DNA from: Lytechinus pictus | Lineage: Eukaryota | Direction: 5' to 3' | Assembly: GCF_037042905.1 (NCBI RefSeq) | Contig: NC_087252.1 | Coordinates: 3,970,001 to 4,034,000 of the forward strand | DNA: 64,000 nucleotides | In this document: positions 63,632-64,000 of the stretch, piece by piece | Numbering within the stretch: position 1 is the stretch's first letter | How the letters are laid out: every line of letters begins with the position of its first letter | The notes under the pieces: model-generated | The model's database searches: none | Told to the model about the DNA's origin: nothing | Seen by the model: the letters and a program-made list of their open reading frames with translations, nothing else | Translations under genes and position numbers: made by a program

Positions 63632-64000
63632 GTAAGAGATGTAATTGAAACCATGCTGCGTTACAGATGTATCAGAATCCAAAATCTATTTCTTCCCTCT
63701 TCTTTTTGAACTCTTTACTTTTACTTTATGCTAGGGAGGGGGGGGGGTAGATAGAGGGGTGCAGGTTTTTACCCTTAGGTGTTGAATAGGAGGATAGAAA
63801 GAGGGTCTTTTTATGATAAAGTAGAGGGTATTCCTAGCTTATCCATTCAAAAGGGATTTCATTGGGGGTAAAATCTTCAGAGTTGTCTGACCGTTTACTT
63901 GATGAATTAGTGGTGGACCCTCAGACTTTAATGTTTGCTATAGGAGACTGTCTAACTGGAACTTAATATTCAAATTTGATAGGTAATTGTTAAAGCCAGT

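Overview
AT-rich, repeat-dense eukaryotic (metazoan) genomic DNA. The repeat types are consistent with an echinoderm such as a sea urchin, but that is inference only. I see no prokaryotic genes, rRNA, intact tRNA or CRISPR array. The one well-supported protein-coding gene is an apparently intact, 3-exon DDE transposase (11694-11967, 12508-12797, 13032-14315; 615 aa when spliced). It lies inside a 4.28-kb DNA transposon (11285-15564) bounded by TTAA duplications and degenerate GG..CC terminal inverted repeats (TIRs), i.e. Kolobok-like termini on a Mutator-like-domain transposase. The rest of the window is a patchwork of: two Helentron/DINE-1-like elements carrying tandem AGGTCA-A-AGGTCA (DR1) motifs; more than 20 MITEs with distinct target-site duplication (TSD) classes (TTAA, CTG, AAAT, 8-bp, 6-bp); tRNA-derived SINE remnants; a LINE-2/CR1 3' stub; micro- and minisatellites that explain most long ORFs in the track; and a 105-bp tandem duplication. 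A chain of short plus-strand segments with good splice signals but no continuous ORF suggests the window lies within the long introns or 5'UTR of a large gene or a multi-exon lncRNA, with one candidate recursive splice site. All alignments were made by eye.
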